DNA of 64,000 bases from Candidatus Latescibacterota bacterium (lineage in GTDB: Bacteria; Latescibacterota; UBA2968; UBA8231): NCBI GenBank assembly GCA_965206595.1, contig OZ242214.1, forward strand, positions 2,560,001 through 2,624,000. Reading direction: 5' to 3'. A model generated the notes under the pieces. That model was given only the letters and a program-made list of their open reading frames with translations, had not been told where the DNA came from and ran no database searches. Position numbers and translations under genes: made by a program. Shown in pieces: positions 60,186-64,000 of the stretch (positions within the stretch are counted from its first letter, which is position 1; every line of letters starts with the position of its first letter).

Positions 60186-61874
60186 ATGCTCGAGCTGATC
60201 ACAGCCCCTCCCGCGGCCGGCAACCGCAATTTCGAGGAGGCGGCCTCCCTGTTCCGCCGCAACTTCCCCGTCCATTCCGGCATTGCCGTTGCAGCAGGGT
60301 CAGGCCAGGCCCCTGTCGCGCTGGTGTACGGCGACTGCTCCCTCGATTCCCTGCGGCCACTCGCCGAGAGCTACTGCGGCCTGGTCGCCATTCCCGCCCT
60401 GCCCCCGGCCGATCCGGCCGCCTGCGGAAATTCCGACGTCTATCCGCTGGACGGGGCCGCGGTGCCGCTGTTTGCCCCTTTCGATGCGCGGGCGGTCCCG
60501 GGGTTCCTGCCGTTCGCGGCGACCGAACAGGGAGCGTTGGCCTGGGAGGGCAGGCTCGGAACAGCGGAGGTGGTTCTCTTCGCCGCCGACCTGGTCTCGG
60601 AATCGCACCTCCTGCTCAGCGGCGCTTTCGAAGCGAGGACCGGGACCGACGAACACGGGCGACACAACCCGCCGCCCCCCGCGGCCTACCGCACCCCGAC
60701 GGTCTCCTGTCACTACAACCTGGTCGCCAAGGCAGTGCGCCGCGTCTTCGACAGGGCGGGGCTTCCCCTGCTTTCCATCCCGCGCTGGCCGGCCTCCGCG
60801 CCGATGGCGCTGTTCCTCAGCCACGACGTCGACGCCGTCAAAAAGTGGACAGGAAAGCGGGTACTGTACGAGCTCGCCCTTGCGGCGTTGCGACGGAAGA
60901 GCCCGGGCCCGACGCTTCGCTCCATCGCCGCCGGCCTGCGAGGCCGGGATCCCTACTGGCGCTTCGACGAGTTGCTGCAGCTCGAAGCGGAATCCGGGTT
61001 CCCTTCGACCTGGTTCTTCGCCCCGTTCGGCGGCGACTACGACCGCCGCACCCGGCCGATAGACCCGGTGTACCGGCGCCCGGCAACCCAACTTGCCTCA
61101 GCCTTCGGCAGGATCGGCGACCGGGGCTGCGAGATCGGCCTGCACGGAGTCCGGGACGCCTTCCTCGAGGCCGCGGAGCTGCGCCGGCAGCGCGAGCAAC
61201 TCGAGCAGCAGGCGGGCAGCAGGCTCGACGGCCTCCGCTTTCACTACCTGATGTTCCGCCACGGAAACACCTGGGCCGCCGCTGCGGAAGCAGGCCTGCG
61301 CTACGATGCCAGCCGGGGTTTTTCCGACCGGGCAGGGTTTCGCGACGGCATGGCCGCTCCCTGGTTCCCGTTCGCGGAAGGGAGCGACCTGGTCGAGCTT
61401 CCGCTGCACTGCATGGACGGCCTGTTCCTGCACGCTTCGGACCCGGAAACCGCGGCCGCGGAGGTCCTCGAGGCCTACCGCCTCGCCAGGGGGGCAGGAG
61501 GCATGTTCAGCTTCCTCCTCCACCCCGGCTGCCTCGACCCGCTCGAGATCCCAGGGCTCGAGGCCTTCTACCGGAAGCTTCTCTCCCGGGCTCGAGAGGA
61601 CAGCTGCCGCGCCATGACCGGACGGCAGCTGTGCGACTGGTGGCTGGCCAGGGAGCGGGTCCTGAAAAGCCTGGAGTTCAATCCCGGCCGCTGGAGGATC
61701 GCCGGGGTTCCGGTCCCTGAGGAGATGGAGTTCGCCTTTTCCGTTCCTCTCCGCTCCGGGGAGGTGTCGCTGGAAAGCGGCGAGGCCGTGGAACAACGGC
61801 GCCGGAACGGTACCCTGATGGTACGTCCGGGGCCGGTCGATCCCGAGCGCGGAATCACCTTCCTCCTGGGCTGA
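60186..61874 (+). CDS. polysaccharide deacetylase-like protein
   Basis: LSHDVD, STWFF, EIGLHG, RFHYL, YDAS.GF, LLHP. Confidence 0.75.
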   Translation: MLELITAPPAAGNRNFEEAASLFRRNFPVHSGIAVAAGSGQAPVALVYGDCSLDSLRPLAESYCGLVAIPALPPADPAACGNSDVYPLDGAAVPLFAPFDARAVPGFLPFAATEQGALAWEGRLGTAEVVLFAADLVSESHLLLSGAFEARTGTDEHGRHNPPPPAAYRTPTVSCHYNLVAKAVRRVFDRAGLPLLSIPRWPASAPMALFLSHDVDAVKKWTGKRVLYELALAALRRKSPGPTLRSIAAGLRGRDPYWRFDELLQLEAESGFPSTWFFAPFGGDYDRRTRPIDPVYRRPATQLASAFGRIGDRGCEIGLHGVRDAFLEAAELRRQREQLEQQAGSRLDGLRFHYLMFRHGNTWAAAAEAGLRYDASRGFSDRAGFRDGMAAPWFPFAEGSDLVELPLHCMDGLFLHASDPETAAAEVLEAYRLARGAGGMFSFLLHPGCLDPLEIPGLEAFYRKLLSRAREDSCRAMTGRQLCDWWLARERVLKSLEFNPGRWRIAGVPVPEEMEFAFSVPLRSGEVSLESGEAVEQRRRNGTLMVRPGPVDPERGITFLLG

Positions 61875-63136
61875 TGGCTGCGGAGAAACCGATGAGCTCG
61901 CCCGCGCAGGTGCTGGTGCTGGTCGTCAACGAGGCCCTCGAGGACGCGCGCGTCTTCAAGACCTGCACCTCCCTTCTCGATGCCGGGGCGCAGGTCACCG
62001 TGGGCTGCACCAATCCGGGAGGCCGTCCAGAAAAGGAACTGCACGAGCGCATGCGGATCGTGCGCTTCCCCCACCCCCCCGACTTCATCCTCAAGCGCTG
62101 GTACTCCCTGCTTCAGGGGCGCATGGGGCGCCGGATCGGAAACGCGGCAACCAGCCTGCACGAGGAGGCCCCTCCCTCCGGGTTCCGGTCCCTCCTCCGC
62201 ACCTCGGTGCTTTCGGCGAACTTCCGCCACCTGCTGCGCACCACCGCCGCGATCAACCAGCGGATGATCCGGGCATTCTCCGGCGAGCGCTTCGATCTCG
62301 TCCACTGCAACGACCTTCTCACCCTGGAGGCCGGCTGCGCGCTCAAGGATTCCGGGGCGGCCCGCGAGCTGCTATACGACGCCCACGAATTCTGGCCGGG
62401 AATGGCCTCCGAGGGCAGCCTGGCGAATCGCACCTGGGGCGAGAGGGAAGGGGAAACGATCGGCCGCGCCGATCACGTGGTCACCGTCAACCCGTTCATC
62501 GCGGAGCTGCTGGAGAAAACCTACCGGCTGCCGCACACCCCCGCGGTGGTCATGAACTGCCCCCCTCTCGCCGCGGAGGAGGCAGGCCGTACTGCCGGCG
62601 ACCCGGTGCGCGTGCTCTACCAGGGCAGGCTCCAGGCCTACCGCGGTCTGGAGGAGCTGGTTCTCGCCTTTGCCGGAGTCGAGGGCGGCACCCTGACGAT
62701 TTCCGGGGACGGCCCGCTGCAGGGGGGGCTGGAGGCGCTGGTCGAATCCGCGGGGCTCGGGGAAAAGGTCCGGTTCAGCGGCCGCTTCGCACGCGACGAG
62801 GGCATGCAGGTGGTCGGGCAATGCGACATCGGCGTCATCCCCTACAAACCGGTGAACCTCAACAATACCTACGCATCCCCCAACAAGCTGTTCGAGTACA
62901 TGATGGGCGGCCTCGCCCTCGCCACCAGCGACCTCCCGTTCCTTTCCAGCGTCGTCAAGGCGGAAAATGCCGGGATCGTCTTCGAGAGCCTCGAGCCGAC
63001 CGAAATCACCAGGGACCTCAACAGGTTGATCGACGACCCGCGGAGTCTGCAACGGTTCCGCGCCGCCGCCCGCGCCGCCGCCCGGAAGCGCTACCACTGG
63101 GACAGGCAGTTTGCGCACTATCCCTGGAAACCTTAG
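61874..63136 (+). CDS. glycosyltransferase family 4
   Basis: DARV, HCND, YDAHE, YQG...RGLE, SPNKLFEYM. Confidence 0.9.
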   Translation: MAAEKPMSSPAQVLVLVVNEALEDARVFKTCTSLLDAGAQVTVGCTNPGGRPEKELHERMRIVRFPHPPDFILKRWYSLLQGRMGRRIGNAATSLHEEAPPSGFRSLLRTSVLSANFRHLLRTTAAINQRMIRAFSGERFDLVHCNDLLTLEAGCALKDSGAARELLYDAHEFWPGMASEGSLANRTWGEREGETIGRADHVVTVNPFIAELLEKTYRLPHTPAVVMNCPPLAAEEAGRTAGDPVRVLYQGRLQAYRGLEELVLAFAGVEGGTLTISGDGPLQGGLEALVESAGLGEKVRFSGRFARDEGMQVVGQCDIGVIPYKPVNLNNTYASPNKLFEYMMGGLALATSDLPFLSSVVKAENAGIVFESLEPTEITRDLNRLIDDPRSLQRFRAAARAAARKRYHWDRQFAHYPWKP

Positions 63137-63155
63137 CAGCCCGTTGATATAGTCC

Positions 63156-63765
63156 ATGCGGGGCTGCGGCCTGCAGATTTTCGCCCAGGACGATTCTCTT
63201 ACCGGTACCTGGGAGACGAGCTTTACCGAGCCCGAAGTCGGCGACGTCACCATTCGCCTGACCTTTGAGGAGGACGGTGGTTTCCAGCTCGACCAGGTCA
63301 TTTCGGCATCGGATAACTTCCTGGCCGAGGCGGGAGACGCGATCCCCCCACTGAGGAATTCACCGCTCGCGGCACCGGCACCTGCCGGGTCGAGGGGGAC
63401 CGTCTTTTTGCCGACTTGACGGAGCTGAAGATGTACGTCGACGGCCGGGACTCCGTCGAGGTGCTGACCGAGGTTGCCCGCACCCACTCCCGTATCGCCG
63501 CCGACCTCGGCGGAGTTTCCGATAGGATTTCCCTGCGTTCGAGCAGGCGGTTGTCGACGAGATCATCGCCGGGTTCAACGAGGAGGAGTTCCTCGGCGGA
63601 TTCGCAGGCGACAACCTCGGCACCTACCGTCTCGACGGCGACACCCTGTCTATCGCCACCCTCGTGGATGGCGAGGTCGACCCCCTGGAGTTCATGCGTA
63701 TCGATATCGCCAGTGCCGTCGCCCCAACCACCTGGGGCAGCCTGAAGGCGGGTTTGCGTCCGTGA
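63156..63765 (+). pseudogene. fragmented acidic exported protein with C-terminal TWGxLK tail
   Basis: Three consecutive frames (shifts near 63345-63350 and 63520-63525) join to ...LTGTWET...RVEGDRLF...GTYRLDGDTL...AVAPTTWGSLKAGLRP*. Confidence 0.65.
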
Positions 63766-64000
63766 ACATGCTTTTGGCTCCGCCGGATTGACCTCCGCCT
63801 TCGCTGTCTGACCGCCGGCTCCCGGACCGAGGCACGGCAGGAACCCCGGAGCCGGCGCGGCGATGAGCAAGCGGGCTTCCCGGCTCGCCTCCAGCTGCCA
63901 ATAAAAAATCGGCTTTGTTCCTGGGGGCCATCGGGATACCTTTGTCGCAAGGTAACCCGGCGGCCCTCTTTTTTTTGGCCACCGGAAAATGACTGACGGC

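Overview
High-GC bacterial chromosome segment. A FlgD-Ig/T9SS-like C-terminal domain and a C-terminal TWGxLK tail hint at an FCB-related candidate phylum such as Latescibacterota (inference only). Contents in order: M20 hydrolase; hom-apgM-like-asd operon; flippase; OLD-like ATPase-TOPRIM gene behind two tandem Phd-PIN toxin-antitoxin pairs (one toxin is a pseudogene); CtaA; a two-subunit NAD-linked formate dehydrogenase whose alpha subunit has an in-frame UGA (selenocysteine) plus SECIS hairpin, with fdhD nearby; sulfatase; CCA enzyme; a purH N-terminal half; an AT-richer accessory block (uncharacterised small toxin-like gene coupled to an ImmA/IrrE-like pseudo-peptidase, and a frameshifted GmrSD-like gene); SelA-like/gmhA/lpdA; YcaQ; rnhA; a cobalamin-riboswitch-controlled uptake and remodelling operon (TonB receptor, secreted beta-propeller, PduO, BtuFCD-like, a signal-less second binding protein, CbiZ, CbiB); a MacAB-like exporter with two adaptors; speD; a CHAD-kinase-sigma54 regulator operon; and the start of a polysaccharide cluster. 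The best candidates for an undescribed system are the 23761-25451 gene pair (possible defence or toxin-antitoxin module) and the secreted beta-propeller plus signal-less binding protein of the B12 operon. No CRISPR array, rRNA or intact tRNA was seen. Family calls come from motif recognition, not database searches.
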